This document shows, piece after piece, positions 1 to 14,416 of a stretch of DNA of 64,000 nt. Position 1 is the stretch's first letter; each line of letters opens with the position of its first letter. The stretch lies in NCBI RefSeq assembly GCF_006345805.1, contig NW_021833722.1, positions 9,876 through 73,875 of the forward strand, written 5' to 3'. Source of the DNA: Octopus sinensis. Its lineage: Eukaryota. The translations under genes and the position numbers were made by a program. The notes under the pieces were generated by a model, which did not search any database, was not told where the DNA came from, and saw only the letters and a program-made list of their open reading frames with translations.

Positions 1-292
1 CCTCATACACAATCCTTCTTCACCTGCTACGGGGTCAATAGCTATGCCCTCCCATGTGTCAGGAGAGATGCTAGCATCTCTTAAGGAAGCCTTCAGCAAG
101 TCCTTACACCTGTTTTTTGGTTTATGTGGAGGTCGTTCTCCTTTAGCTAACTCTCCATAAAAGAGTTGTATTGTCATTCTTGAATCCTTCATCCTGACCA
201 GATGACCACTCTATCTGAGCCTTTGCTTCAACGCAAGAGCTTCTATACTTTCACACAGAGAACTTTCCAATATCTCAATATCACTAATGCGG
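1..292 (-). mobile_element. RTE-clade LINE ORF2 C-terminal fragment (decayed)
   Basis: Minus strand reads RISDIEILESSLCESIEALALKQRLR*SGHLVRMKDSRMTIQLFYGELAKGERPPHKPKNRCKDLLKASL, matching the RTE/BovB-type C-terminal pattern (QLRWxGHxxRMxxxRxPKQLFYGEL..G.R...PK.R.KD.LK). Confidence 0.85.
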
Positions 293-448
293 TATACATA
301 CATACATACATACATACATACATACATACATACATACATACATACATACATACATACAAAACGAGTCACCAAATGTCTAATTAGTCACTCTAGTATGTCG
401 GTGTGTTTTGTTTGTTTCCTGAATGATTGTCTTACCGTTTCATGACTT

Positions 449-586
449 TACAGAAATCCCTCGCCATATCGCGGTTCACCTATCGCGGTTCACCTATCGC
501 GGTTCACCTACCGCGGTTTATTATTTAAGCTTACGTCGATTCCTCCGTGGTGTTGTTTTGCATTTATAATAAAATAAATATATACA

Positions 587-658
<72 letters not shown>

Positions 659-790
659 AATAATAATAATAATGATAATAATAATAATAATAATAAATAT
701 ACAGTACAGTACTGTTTCTACTTCGCTGATTTTCACCTATCGCGGGGTGTTTTGGAACGTAACACCTGCAATGGTCGAGTGATCCCAGTA
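449..790. mobile_element. Tigger/pogo-like MITE with internal (AAT/GAT)n and a 14-bp tandem triplication
   Basis: Left end TA-CAGAAATCCCTCGCCATATCGCGG; right end CCTGCAATGGTCGAGTGATCCCAG-TA is its imperfect inverse. Subterminal TTCACCTATCGCGG..TTTTGGAACGTAAC. TATCGCGGTTCACC is repeated about 3 times. Confidence 0.6.
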
Positions 791-872
791 TATATCTTTA
801 GAATAGTCCCTGCTCAAACCTATCTAAATTTTTCTTTTTCTATTTTTTTTACTTTTCAATTCTTATATACAG

Positions 873-967
873 GTTTTATTTATGATTACCATTACTATAA
901 AGAAGGAAGTGTAATCCATTCCACCTCATTCCAAACCATGATACCTCCTGCACGCAACCAGCTACAG
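873..967 (+). CDS. Candidate internal coding exon, unknown gene (GFIYDYHYYKEGSVIHSTSFQTMIPPARNQLQ)
   Basis: Long pyrimidine tract then TACAG acceptor; only one open frame (phase 1 to 0). The donor would be non-canonical CAG|GCAAAT. Confidence 0.3.
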
Positions 968-1233
968 GCAAATAAGAAACGTATAAAAATCGAACAAAGC
1001 TAGACTGAGTTTATTGAGCGAGGTACCGTTCGAAAGGTCACCCAATGAGATACGTTTGCAACTGAGGATGCACCACAACTAGTTATCCAGAATCTCAGCC
1101 GCGATAGAACAATGCAAGATGGGTCGAAACGATCGTTGTGGTTAATAAAGAATCTCGCGAATTCTAGTTTCTTTTTCTCTCATTTGTTACACACATACAT
1201 ATGAATATACAGATACACATTTATATATTCACA

Positions 1234-1288
<55 letters not shown>

Positions 1289-1441
1289 ACACACACACAC
1301 ACATATATAAAGTAAAGATTATTTACCAACATAATGTGGCAGTCTCGGATGGATGAATGTTACTGTTGTTTTATCTGTGTGTTGTTCGGTAAGAAATTGT
1401 CGAACCACCCTACATCCTCTAACGACAGGAGAATCCATCAT

Positions 1442-1476
<35 letters not shown>

Positions 1477-1490
1477 CTTATATAGTAGAA

Positions 1491-1549
<59 letters not shown>

Positions 1550-2059
1550 TAGTAGAAAAATATGTTACAAAAAGAAAATATAAAATACACGTGTAAATGT
1601 TAAGTTAAAATATGAAAAATCAACGAAAATGCACATTGTAAATAAAAAAAGGCTTTTTACGAAAGGTAACGACAAATATATACATTTAGATGGACTGAGG
1701 TAGTAATAAGAGTCATAAAAATCATTATTATGAGATGATTATAAGATGATTATAAAGTCAGAAAACGAAGCGTACTATGGCTTCCGCGCGCGTATGTGTG
1801 CATGTAATACAAGTATTCATAGCAGCTATAAAGCAAAAAGTTTCAATGCTTGTGGCAATATAGTTTTATGTTGATTAATAACTGAATAGCATTTACATTA
1901 CAACTGACAGTTTCGCCATCAAGTGGTTCGTTAGGTGATATGCGTGGGATATGTTTCCACACATTACTGCGAGAGTGAAAAAATTGCAAAAATTTGAGCA
2001 GAGAGTAACCACCGGCACCTCCAACCCTCAACCTACGCTACCTACTCCCTCTCCACAAC

Positions 2060-2484
2060 CACAACAGCAGCATCAGCATCAGCATCAGCAGCATCAGCAG
2101 CAGCAGCAGCAACGATAAATACCAGCATACAATTATATTGCAGTAGCAGCAAATATGTGGTCACGCTATCTGCTAGAAATAGAAGTAAAATCTCTCTCAA
2201 TTCATTCCTTGCAGTCTTTTAAAAGGAACAAAACATTAGATAATGTAGTTCTTGATATCACAAATAATGGCAACACGACTAGCATCCGCCACCACCATCA
2301 ACCACGACGACGACGACCACCACCACCACCACCACCACCATCGCCTTCGAAATTCCAGCGCCAACGCCATTATTACCAATACCACCATTACCGACATCAT
2401 CATTAACATCATCATCACAAAGTCATCGCTATCAACACCGCCACCACCACCACCATCACCATCATCATCATCATCATCACCACC

Positions 2485-2540
<56 letters not shown>

Positions 2541-2550
2541 ATCGCCGTCG

Positions 2551-2606
<56 letters not shown>

Positions 2607-2640
2607 GCCGTCGTCGTCGTCATCATTATCATCACATCCA
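2060..2640. repeat. Compound trinucleotide repeats (CAG/CCA/CAT)n
   Basis: Visible runs; source of the poly-H/S/P/D/M ORFs. Confidence 0.9.
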
Positions 2641-3513
2641 CCACCTCCCCTCTCAGCATTACTGCTACAACCACCTACCATTACAACCACCCTACCATTA
2701 CCGAATCTATCAACATATTGGAATCGAGATGAAAGCAACGTATTTGTGTTCTGGTAACATATCTTCACAACAGATAAATGTTTTTTCCCCCGTTTATATT
2801 AGACACGACACATTTGTGTGTGTGTGTGTTGTGTGTGTGTGTGTGTGTGCGCGTTGCGTATGTGTTTATGTGTGAGTACTTATGTGTGTTGATCTCTATG
2901 TATGTGTGTGTATGTGTATTGCATATATAAGTATGTATACGTATCTGTTTCTTACGATGTAAGTATTTCTGATTCTGTTTGTGTGTGAACATGTAAGACA
3001 TTTATTACATTGCATGTAATCTTGGTGTGTATGTGTGTGTGTGTGTGTGTGTGTGGTATGCGTGGTTGTGAGTGGTATTGTTCCTCTCTGCGCATCTATG
3101 CGTGTGTGGGTACGTATATGCGTGGACATGTGCGCACGTTTGGGTTCACTGTAAGTGTTTACGCATGATTTCTTATACGCTGTTGTAAGAATGGTTATGT
3201 GAGGTGGTATTTGTGCAAGAGAGTGGAACGGAGAGGGAGAAAGAAAGAGAGAAAACGAGAAATGCCATATATATAATTATATATATATATGTAAATATAT
3301 ATATATACCAATTAGGACTGAACACGAAAAGGTGGACAGTCAACATGCTAGATATAGACGTCAAATCGCCCATCTCCACAAGGATTATGTTCTCAAATAA
3401 AAATAAAAATAAAATATATATATATTATTAATATAGTCATACACACAATATATATATATATGTATACTCTATGTTGTTATTTATCTCTCTCTCTTTCTCT
3501 CTCTCTCTATCTT

Positions 3514-3573
<60 letters not shown>

Positions 3574-3624
3574 GCTATCTATCTATCTGTTTGACTGTCT
3601 GTCTGTCTGTCCGTCCGTCCGTCC

Positions 3625-3681
<57 letters not shown>

Positions 3682-3684
3682 ATC

Positions 3685-3736
<52 letters not shown>

Positions 3737-3994
3737 GGCTATCAATCTAGCTAGCTAGCTATCACACACGCGCATATCTATACACATACACACAAATATA
3801 TAGAGAGAGATAGATAGATAGATAAGAAGCGGAAAAAGAAAGAGAAAAGGGAGAGGAGATCGTGAGTAAATAATAAATATACGAGTGTTTTTGATGACCT
3901 GGACACCTCGAGTAGACAACAGAAAAGAAACGGGAGAGAGAGAAGAAAAAGAGGACAATGGAGACATACAACGACAGTAAGCGTGTGTGTGTAT

Positions 3995-4055
<61 letters not shown>

Positions 4056-4169
4056 TGAGTGAATCATAGATATTAAGTAAGAGAAAAGATGAAAGAATAC
4101 GTTTGTTCGGGAGTAAATAATAAATAATAAATGATTAAATGAAGCTAGGCAGACAGAATACAGAATAAT

Positions 4170-4178
4170 AGAGGGAGA

Positions 4179-4228
<50 letters not shown>

Positions 4229-4392
4229 GACGAGAGAGAGAGATGGAGAGAGAGAGAGGAGAGAGAGAGAGGAGAGAGAGAGAGAGGAGGAGACGAGAGG
4301 GAGAGGAGAGAGAGAGAGAGAGAAAGAGAGAGACAGAGAGAAGGAGGGGAGAGAAGAGAAGTAGAAAGAGAGAGAGAGAGAAAGAGATAGAT

Positions 4393-4437
<45 letters not shown>

Positions 4438-4482
4438 GAGAGAGAGAGACAGAGAGAGAGGGAGAGAGCGAGAGAGAGAGAG
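4170..4482. repeat. Degenerate (GA)n microsatellite
   Basis: Visible in sequence. Confidence 0.95.
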
Positions 4483-4662
4483 ACGTCAGTGTATGTTCGC
4501 GTTGGAAGCCTGCGTTCAAGATAGAATCGTTTTGACAAGTTAAGTCAGGTAGAAATTCTCCAGAAGCCGTTTGTGATCAATTTAAAGAACATACAGCGGA
4601 GGCCAAAGCATACAAAATATCTTCTCAACGACGAGAATATACTTATGTATCATTCACTTTAC

Positions 4663-4676
4663 TCCTTCTTTCCTTC

Positions 4677-4730
<54 letters not shown>

Positions 4731-5440
4731 CTTTCTTTCTTTCTTCTTTTCTTTTCTCTTTCCTTTCTTTTCTTTGTTTCTTCTTGTTTCCTTCTTTATT
4801 TCTTTTGTTTATTACTTTTTTCTTTGTTTCTTTCTTTCTTCCTTTCCTTCCTTCTTTCTTTCTCTTTGTTTGTTTGTTTCTTTCTTCCTTCCTTTCTTTC
4901 TTTCTTTCTTTCTTTCTTCCTTTCTTTCCTTCTTTCTTTCTTTCTTTCTTCCTTCCTTCTCTCCTTTCTTTCTCCTTTCTTTTCTTCTCCTTCTTTCTTT
5001 CTTTCTTCTTTTTTCTTCCTTCCTTCTTCTTTCTTTCTTTTCTTTCTTTCTTTCTTCCTTTCTTTCTTTCTTTCCTTCTTTCTTTCTTTGTTTCTTCCTT
5101 TCTTTGTTTCTTTCCTTCTTTCTTTCTCTTTGTTTGTTTGTTTGTTTCTTCCTTCTTTCTTTCTTCCTTCCTTTCTTTCTTCCTTCCTTTCTTTCTTCCT
5201 TCCTTTCTTTCTTCCTTCCTTTCTTTCTTCCTTCCTTTCTTTCTTTCTTCCTTTCTTTCCTTCTTTCTTTCTTCCTTCCCTCCTTCCTTTCTTTCTTTCT
5301 TTCTTTCTTTCTTCCTTCCTTCCTTCCTTCCTTTCTTTCTCTTTCTTTCTTCTTTCTTTCTTCCTTTCTTCCTTCCTTCCTTCCTTCCTCCTTCCTTCCT
5401 TTCTTTCTTCCTTCCTTCCTTCCTTTCTTTCTTTCTTTCT
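4663..5440. repeat. ~780-bp (CTTT/CCTT)n polypyrimidine array
   Basis: Visible in sequence; explains the F/L/S and K/E/R ORFs. Confidence 0.95.
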
Positions 5441-5932
5441 GTCTCCCCCCTCACACACATCTACCTTCTATTCGTAAGTTTATCTATCGAGCCTCCATAT
5501 ACTTACGGGTGCATTCTCCCCCCCCATCTCTCTGTTTGTCCGTCACTCATTCTTTCAGTCACCCTCTCCCTCTCCCTTACCCAGGTATCGAATTTTCTAC
5601 CTCTCTACATAAAAGTGTTAAGTCCCTTATCCAGCGCACCCCCACCCCCCAATGACGTTTCACTACCCACATGTTCGTCGACGTTTCACTCCGTAGACAT
5701 CTCTGATCGATTCGAGCGTGACTTTGAACATCTCTGTCATCTTCTCCAGGGAGATGATAGAAACGTTAAGAACACTCTGATTGACAAATACTGTTTACAA
5801 AGAGGAACTAGATTATTTGAAGTTCGGTTCTTCGGCCTTCAGCTGTGTAGGAATTAATGTTTATGCACGAGAGTAGCTGGATCCATCCATCCCCCATCCA
5901 TCCATCCATCTATACGCACGTGCTTGCGTGTG

Positions 5933-5967
<35 letters not shown>

Positions 5968-5970
<3 letters not shown>

Positions 5971-6185
5971 TGTGACCGACCAGGCTATCAGATGTTGCTA
6001 CACATCGCTGGTCACAGTACGCTTCGCATTGTTTTAGCCTTCAAATGACGCCACCCCCTGCCGGAGCCTCGTGGAGCTTTAGGTGTTTTCGCTCAATAAA
6101 CACTCACAATGCCCGGTCTGGGAATCGAAACCGCGATCCTACGACCGTGAGTCTGTTGCCCAAAGCACTACTAAGCACCGCACTC
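5968..6185 (-). mobile_element. tRNA-derived SINE (family 3)
   Basis: Minus strand has an A-box-like GGTGCTTAGTAG, a B-box GGTTTCGATTCC and a tail ending in (TA)n. Confidence 0.65.
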
Positions 6186-6225
6186 ATCCTACGTAAAACG
6201 CTTTCAATACAGTAACTGTAAGAGG

Positions 6226-6312
6226 ATCACAATAAACTACAGCACATACCCAAGGCACACAGAGCTGCGCTCGGTAGTGAAGTGAAAGCATGTGATAATA
6301 AAAAAACTACTG
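6226..6312 (+). mobile_element. 3'-terminal stub of the R4/Dong LINE family found at 7118-11126
   Basis: CAGCACATACCCAAGGCACACAGAGCTGCGCTCGGTAGTGAAGTGAAAGCA is identical to ~11048-11098; ends AACTACTG followed by (AAT/AAC)n. Confidence 0.9.
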
Positions 6313-6372
6313 AATAACAACAACAGCAAGAATAACAACAATAATAATGAATAATAACAATAATAATAATAA

Positions 6373-6923
6373 ATGCCCAGATGTAGTACCAAGCAGTGGT
6401 TCTCATAGCTTCTGATCTTAACTGATTGGAAGTGTTATCATGTACATGTTTTGTCTTGGTATAAAAAGATGGGCTTACAGTAAATACCCTGCTCAATACC
6501 ACAAATTTACTTGTCAATTGCTTAATCTTAACCAGTCGAGCATGTCCCTTGGTGGCTGACGATGATATGTGCATCTCTGATCACAAGCAGTAGTGGGGGA
6601 GCATCATAGCCATGTGTTGAGAGGAATTCTTTGGGATTTGAATAATTCACCTCTGGAAACATGGGTGTTTCGTTCAACATCCATAAATGACTCTTATTCA
6701 GGGACCTTTTGAGCTGGATGGGCTACTCCACCAGAAGAAAATTCTAACAGGGTCTCACCTGCAAGGTCATGTGCTGTTTATCTTGATATGAGATCACTAT
6801 GTCGCGCACATGCAATTCATGTATCTGGTATAGCCTTATCAGACGGGTAATCATGATGGGTATACTGGGCTTCGTATATTTTACCGCAGTGTCACTTTGA
6901 TGTTATGCACTGTTCTCTCACTC
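6373..6923. mobile_element. ~550-bp non-coding element flanked by (TAA)n, copy 1
   Basis: Colinear with 25777-26331 over the full length (about 85% by eye); both start ATGCCC and end CTCTCACTC. Confidence 0.8.
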
Positions 6924-7117
<194 letters not shown>

Positions 7118-10100
7118 AAGAACACCGGGGGACTTTTAAGATGTAAGAAGGAAAATTCAGAGCTCCGAAACCTATCCACAAACATCGAAAACAAGGACAT
7201 CCTATGGAGCCAAAGTTTTACTAACAAAGAATTGGATGTATCCGAGTAAGTAATACAAATTGAAATTTATTACTATTTTCGAAACGACAATGATGTATTT
7301 TGACTCGATATCATCTCCACCTCTAACGCAACACACGTGTAAACATGCGTGAAACATCACGATCATCTCCGACCAAACACCATGTACAAAGGAACTACGA
7401 AGAAATTAAATGCCACCGATACTATTCAACCCAAGAATAACAATCGAGCGGTACGTACATTAACCTACAACAAAAAATGTACGAAAAACTACACGTGCGG
7501 AATAATGTGACAACAGAAATAAACGGACCGGTACCCTACGAAAATGACGACACCGTCAAAATAATGGGCCGGACGTTGTACCTCATGTCCCGCAAATAAA
7601 ACCCAAAAGACGTAAATGGACACGTGAGGAATACATTTCTATCTTACACGCACTTCACAGCAGTACTCTACCCAAAAAATGAAAATACAACAACACATAC
7701 ATATAAAATATGGAAGGAAAAAATAATAGAGATTTAGACTTGGATACAGCAATGAACCCTAATAAATTAGCTAACGTACGAAGATACATTCTCAACACAA
7801 AAAAAAAATATCAGAAATAGAAATAGAACACCTAAAAGAAAACATACACCAGGAAAATGTAGATAGAAGCCAGACAACAATGCCCAATAATATAAACACT
7901 GAAACTGTAAAACACGAAGACAAACGCAACATTCCCAAACAAACACGATGTAAACAACGAAGGGGAGCCTAATGATTATGATAATATAAAAAATAAAATA
8001 ATCAAAGAACTGAAAACCACAGAGCTCACAATGGACCATCGACCATACCTCCCAAGAATCAAAATAAACAAAATTAACAACACCTATTATAAACAGCATA
8101 AAACCTAACGTCACTGAACTGATAGCCACTGAATAAAAAAAAAGTGATATCACTGAGCTAAATAACCTAATATACGCAGCAGCCACTGCAGCACAAAAGA
8201 AGCTGGATACTCACCCCAACCCGCCCAAACAGGAGTACCACCACCCAAACAAAACCCTGTGGATAAAATAACAAACAAAAAAAAAAAAAAAATCGAAAGA
8301 AAAAAAAATAGAAAAGACCTGTCGATTCTTAATGAAATCAGCAAAGAATCAACGCTACTGAGCAACAAAAAAAAAAGAGAACAAAAATACTCCGCAAAAT
8401 AACATCACAGAAAAAGATTTGCCTGAAATAAAAGAAAAGCTGAAGCAAGATATCCTTGCCAAAGCACAAAGGATCCGCCGGTGATCCGCCGGTACAAGAA
8501 AACGCCAACGCTTCTTTGAAAAAAACAAAAAGTTCAACTCCAACCCCAAAAAGTTCTACCAAGAACTGGGCAAAAATAAAATAGAAGTCACTGCAGCACC
8601 AACGGCAGAAGAATTGGAAGAATTCTGGGGAGAAATATGGTCGGCGAACGAACCACCAAAAAAAAGGAGTATCAAAATAACAAACTCGGCATCTGAACAA
8701 ACTTGGACCCCCATAACAACTGAAGAGGTCACCCAGGCGCTGCAAAGACTAAGTAACTGGAAGGCACCTGGGCATGACAAGATCCCCAACTTCTGGTTGA
8801 AATATCTAACAGGAATGCACAAAAAGCTGGCTGAAAACTTTAACAACGTACTAGCAGAGCCAGAGACAATGCCTGAATGGCTCACGAAGGGGAAAACCAT
8901 CTTAATTCCCAAATCAAATGAAACAGAAAAACCAGAAACTACAGACCAATAACCTGCCTCCCTACTATGTTCAAGGCATTTACTGCAGTGATATCACAAA
9001 GGCTGAACAAGCACCTGGACGAAAACAAACTGTTCCCAGAAGAGCAGAAAGGATGCCGCAAAGGCTCATATGGCTGTAAAGATCAACTAATGATTAATAA
9101 AGCCATAACTGAAGACAGCCACAGAAAAGAAGAAAGGCCTCAGTATGGCCTGGATTGACTACAAAAAGGCGTTTGATAGCATCCCCCACACATGGATCCT
9201 CGAAACACTAGCCATTAACAAAGTAACACCAACAACAATCATAAAATTTATAGAGCACTCTATGAATAAATGGCAAACAGTCCTACACCTCCAAACAAAA
9301 GAGGGGGACTCATGAAAACCAAAGACATCCCCATTAGAAGAGGAATATTCCAGGGAGATACGCTCTCTCCACTCCTTTTCTGCTTGGCACTGTCACCTCT
9401 ATCTGATATGCTAAATAGAACTGGATGCGGATATAAATGTTACGGCAAAACGATCAGCCCCTTTTATCTATGGATGACCTAAAACTATACGCTGCAAATG
9501 ACAAACAGCTGGAAACACTATTAAAGACAGTTCATGGATTTACCAAAGAAATAGATATGAAATTTGGATTAGAAAACTTTGCCAAAGTAACCATGAAAAG
9601 AGGAAAACTAGTTAAGAGTAACAACATCACACTAGATGAAGCAAATGAAATAAAAGAATTAGACCAAAGCCAAACTTACAAATACTTAGGAATCCATGAA
9701 CTAGATAAGACACAACACACACAAATGAAAGAGAAAATAAAAAAAGAATATTATAGACGAGTTAGATCAATACTAAACACAGAGCTCAATGCTAAAAACA
9801 AGATAATAGGTATCAACACTTAGCTGTCCCAGTTATAAGTTACAGCTACAATATCCTTAACTGGACACGAAATGAACTGACCAAAATAGACAGGAAAACA
9901 AGAAAAATAATGACAGGATCTAGGATGCATCACCCAAAATCTGACATAGAAAGACTATATATACAACGTATAGAAGGTGGTAGAGGCCTTATACAGCTGG
10001 AAAAACTATAAAATAACCACCATAGGACTGCAAAAATATCTACTTCAGAAGGAAGGAAAAACTGATCCAGATAGCGGCAAAACACGAGCAAAACAAAAAA

Positions 10101-11126
10101 ACTGTTCTCAGTATTTAAGGAAGCTGACAAATACAAACAAGAAATCATACCACCTAATAAACATGAAGAAGAAGAAGAAGAAGAGAAGAAACAACAAAAG
10201 CTATAAAAAAAATGAAATCCAAACTAAAAATAGAACAGCAACGAACCACATAAAACGATGGCAAGAAAAGCCCCTTCATGGTAAATACTGACTAAACTAA
10301 ACGCAAAAGAAATAGACAAAGAAAAATCCCAGCAATGGTTGAGAAGCTCAGGACTCAAAGCAGAAACAGAGGGATTTTTAATTGCAGCACAAGACCAAAG
10401 CCTCCCCACCAGAAATTACCAAAAACATGTAATGAAAAGAAATATTACAAGTAACTGCAGAATATGTGGAGATGGACAAGAAAATAAATCATATTATCTC
10501 TAGCTGCCCAGTCCTGGCTAAGAAGGAATATATTCACAGACATGACAGAGTTGGAACTTACATACATTGGAAGCTATGCCAACATTATGGAATAACAACA
10601 GAAAAAAGATGGTATAGGCACACACCAGAAAAGGTCACAGAAAACGAGAAAGCAACCATACTCTGGGATATGTCGATACACACAGATAGAGAAATTAAGG
10701 CCAACAGACCAGATATAGTTGTCAGAGACCATGAAGAAAAAAAAATGCTTTCTAATTGATGTATCAGTACCGGCAGATGACAACGTGTCTCTAAAAGAAA
10801 TGGAGAAACTCTCAAAATACAAAGACCGGAAATAGAGGTAACTAGAATGTGGAATCTGAAAACAGAAACAATTCCTATCATAGTAGGTGCATTAGGCATG
10901 ATAAAAAAATATTCAGACAAATACATAACAAAAACACCAGGACTTACAAACACATATAACATACAGAAAATTGCACTACTAGGCACTGCACACATCCTAC
11001 GCAGAACACTTTCCATACAATAACCATCAGAGCATCACAACAAATCACAGCACATACCCAAGGCACACAGAGCTGCGCTCGGTAGTGAAGTGAAAGCACG
11101 CTATAAAAATAAAAATAAAACTACTG
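7118..11126 (+). mobile_element. Near-full-length R4/Dong-clade non-LTR retrotransposon (RT + CCHC + restriction-like endonuclease), frameshifted
   Basis: N-terminal RRKWTREEY; RT motifs KAPGHDKI, EEQKGCRKGSYGCKDQL, AWIDYKKAFDSIPH, RRGIFQGDTLSPLLF, MDDLKLYA, YKYLG; zinc knuckle CRICG..NHIISSC; RLE RPDIV..LIDVSVP..KEMEKLSKY; stop ~11021; (TAA)n on both sides. Confidence 0.95.
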
Positions 11127-11144
11127 AATAATAATAATAATAAT

Positions 11145-12030
11145 ACAAAATTATTTAACTCAGAACCAGGGAAAATTGGTACAAATAGTCACAAAGCATG
11201 AGCAAAGCAAAAAGTGTTTTCAGTCGTCAAGGAAACCGAAAAATACCCCAAAGTGGTCATAATACTTGACAACTATGAAGAAAAAGAAGAAACAACAAAA
11301 GTGAAAAAAGAACTAAAATACAAGCTAAAGCTGGAACAATAAAATACCACAATAAACGATGGCAAGAAGAGTCCTTACGTGACAAGCACTGGGATAAGCT
11401 AAAAAGAAAATAAGTAAAATTCCAACAATGGTTGAGAAACTCAGGACTCAAAGCAGAGACTGAAAGAAGAAACAGATAATGAAGAAAACTGCAATAAGTA
11501 ACTGCAGAATATGTGACGATAGGGAAGAAAAAATAAAATCATATTGTCTCTGGATTCCCAGTCCTGGCTAAGAAGGAACATATCCACAAGCATGACAAAG
11601 CTGGAACCTGTATACAGTGGAGGCTGTACCAGAACTATGGAATGACAAGAGAAAAATGGTAGCACTTCGCAGAAAAGGTCTCAGAAAATGACAAAACAGT
11701 CACCCTCTGAGATATACTAACATACATAGCTAGGGACATCAAGGCTAAAATGCAAGACATTGTTGTCAGGGACCATTAAAAATGCCTTCTAATCGACATA
11801 TCTGTCTCAGTAGATGACAATGTATCTCTAAAAGAAACGGAGAAACTCTCGAAATACAAAGATCTGGAAATAGAGATGACCAAAATGTGGAGTCTGATAA
11901 ACGAAATAGTCTGAATAATAATAGTTGCATTAGGTATGGTTGAAAGCATACAGGAAAATACATGATCAAAACACCAGGGCTCATGAATATATATGAAATA
12001 CAGAAAATATATTGCCTGCAGTACAAAAGT
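11145..12030 (+). mobile_element. Older, diverged 3' third of the same Dong-like family
   Basis: Colinear with ~10030-10980 (WLRNSGLKAETE; CRICDD; LIDISVSVDDNVSLKETEKLSKYKDLEIE) with many substitutions and stops. Confidence 0.85.
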
Positions 12031-13290
12031 GGTCCTTAATTTTATCCACCATAGGAGGATGATTGGCAAAGATGACCTTGGCAGTCTCCGAACTGAAAAT
12101 ATAAAGAGTTTGTCATCGTTCGTCTCACAGTAATTGAATACACAGTTTGTTAGAGAGAAACAAATCGGATGATGGCGAGGAGGTTATGATTCGAAGATAT
12201 TTATCATGGATAAAATCCGAATTGAATATAGCAGGAATAGAAAGATAAACTGAAACATGGCCTGACTAGACGACGAAAAGATAGAAAGACAAAAGAAAGA
12301 AGAACGATGGCGTCTGGCAAACGAGATTCTGTTAAAGACCACACGAGAGATCATTAGTTCCATTAAATATAACATGAGATAATTAGTGATATTAAATATA
12401 ACATGATGGGGCGGAGAACAGCCGTACACGTTCAACAATAAAATGAGGGAATAACAACTCAAAGAATTATCATTAATAAAAGACTATTCCAAAGACTATT
12501 CTTTCAACATTATTCATTTGATTGGTTTTTACAACTAAATCCTGTACTAAAGCAAAATAGCTGTGAATACAAGTATGATAGGTTAGGTACAAACGACCGT
12601 TTATAGAAGTAGAGATGTCCATAAATGAAGGTGAAGAGTTGGATTATAACGGTTTTTTTTAGCAAATGACCTGTCTGAAATAAAAAGAAAAAGAAAAGAA
12701 AAACGAACGTAGCAAGGCTTATGAAGACATAATGTAGAGTTTCATAAAAATAATGATAAGAAGTAATTATAACAAGAGAAAGCCAAAAAGTCTCAAGGAA
12801 TAAATAGAATATTGAAGAACGTAAGAGCAAAACCAGACAGAAATATCACTGTCGCATTAGACAAGCACTCAGATCCGATCTAAATTCATAGTCGTATATA
12901 TTAATACATTAGCCATAATAGAAATAAGTATAGTTTTAATGTAATAAACTGGAAGATGAATGGAGTGAAGAGACTAGATAGAACAACGAGGAAAATGAAT
13001 AAGAGCATTTAGAATATTATTATCTCTAAAAGTAGACGTTGATGAAAGCAGGCATTTACTGCAAGCAGAAGTCGGAAGAGCAGTTGTATAATTAGATAAG
13101 TATAAGTTTGGTACTGTAGGCTAACAAAAACACAGAGCAAAATGCAGTAATAGATTAATATATGGTGGTAAAGAAAAATTCTCTGCTATGAAGGAAGATG
13201 ACAAATATAACAAAAAGTCTGGAGTATGGGAGGGAAGAGCAAAGAGCGCAAAACGAAGTCATAAAAGAATAAGATTAACAGAAAATTCGA
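12030..13290 (+). mobile_element. Heavily decayed Dong-like RT fragment
   Basis: Remnants EKQIG*WRGGYDSK (cf. EEQKGCRKGSYGCK), NMA*LDDEK (cf. MAWIDYKK), CRIRQALRSDLNS and YSFNVINWKMNGVKRLDRTTRK. Confidence 0.65.
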
Positions 13291-14349
13291 TGGAAAAGTA
13301 CTTCAGATGGTAAAAGTAGTTGGAGGGAAAAAAACTTTCGTAGTCAAAAAAATCAATGTAGACAATCAAGACAACTTCAGGCATATTTCAGTCGTATTAA
13401 ACCTCTTCATCCTCATTATTTTCAACTCATCTTTCAGTACAGATATCTTGTATGTGTGGCAATATCGAACATTTTGTAGTCTATGCTTCGCTGATGAGAT
13501 CCAATTTAACTAAAACACGCTACGAATTGTCTACCGTATATACTGAAATAATTAAAATAAGTTCTAATTTAGGCAAACCTCTAGAAATGTTGAGTAAAGC
13601 GGATCACTCGATGCTATCGACTCTAATACTCAATCGATACTTTATTTTGTCGACTCTGGAGGAGTGAAAGGTAAAAATTGACCTTGAAATAATATTAGCC
13701 ATTCAACTAATATATTTTTCTTACCGCATAAGTATTTTTAATTAGATATTAGTAACTTAAGAATCCTTTTTTATGCAGATGGCATCTCGGGGAATTACTT
13801 TTAGCGCTAACATTTGTCAAAGCATATTCTGGAAGATCTGAAACGTGTTGCTTGGGTACCTACAAAAATTATCCTGTTCACATCTTTAAAATTGATGACT
13901 TCTGGGAGCGAACTAATTCCATATATCGTCACCAAAACAAATATATTTCACAAAACCCTTTTTTCTGTCTTTAATCTGAATGTATTACAAAATCACAAGA
14001 TGGAATTTCTTGGATTTCTGTTTCGAAAGTTCTTTTATGTTTTACATTATACAACCACTTGAATTTTAGAGTTCTTCCTAGCCTGCATTTTTATATTAAA
14101 ATCTTCCCGGTTGCTGCGCGTTCTTTAAAGATATTTCGCAGGAGACTGCATTATAGCGATAGCGATCGATTGACGGAGTCGTTGGAACTTCGAACAAATG
14201 CGATGCGCTTTCTGTCACGATTCGTTGTTTCCAGGGTTCAAATCTCAGCGAAGTTAACTTTGCTTTCATCTTTCAAGAATCTATAAAATAAAAACGGCCA
14301 AGTACCTAAACAATTCATCTCCCCATTCTCTCTAAGCAAGTTTTGTCTT

Positions 14350-14416
<67 letters not shown>

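Noticed and set aside
1060-1145. CTGAGGA...GAAACGATCGTT hammerhead-like pieces
   Set aside because: Helix II and helix I do not close; at most a disrupted relic.
1909-1966. Minus-strand exon NVWKHIPRISPNEPLDGET
   Set aside because: Good acceptor but a GTCAGT donor, two open frames and no corroboration.
2155-5857. Long ORFs (207-360 aa) of poly-H/S/F/L/K/E, and the many YI/HT/CV ORFs across the window
   Set aside because: Translations of microsatellites that lack stops by construction.
7118-7260. HDV-like ribozyme at the Dong 5' end (GCTCC/GGAGC and ACATCC/GGATGT could form a pseudoknot)
   Set aside because: No room for P3/L3 and no P1.1 GG; does not fit HDV topology. None found at either end of the 550-bp element.
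13480-13530. TTCG-CTGATGA...CGAA hammerhead-like stretch
   Set aside because: No GAAA core and no helix III.
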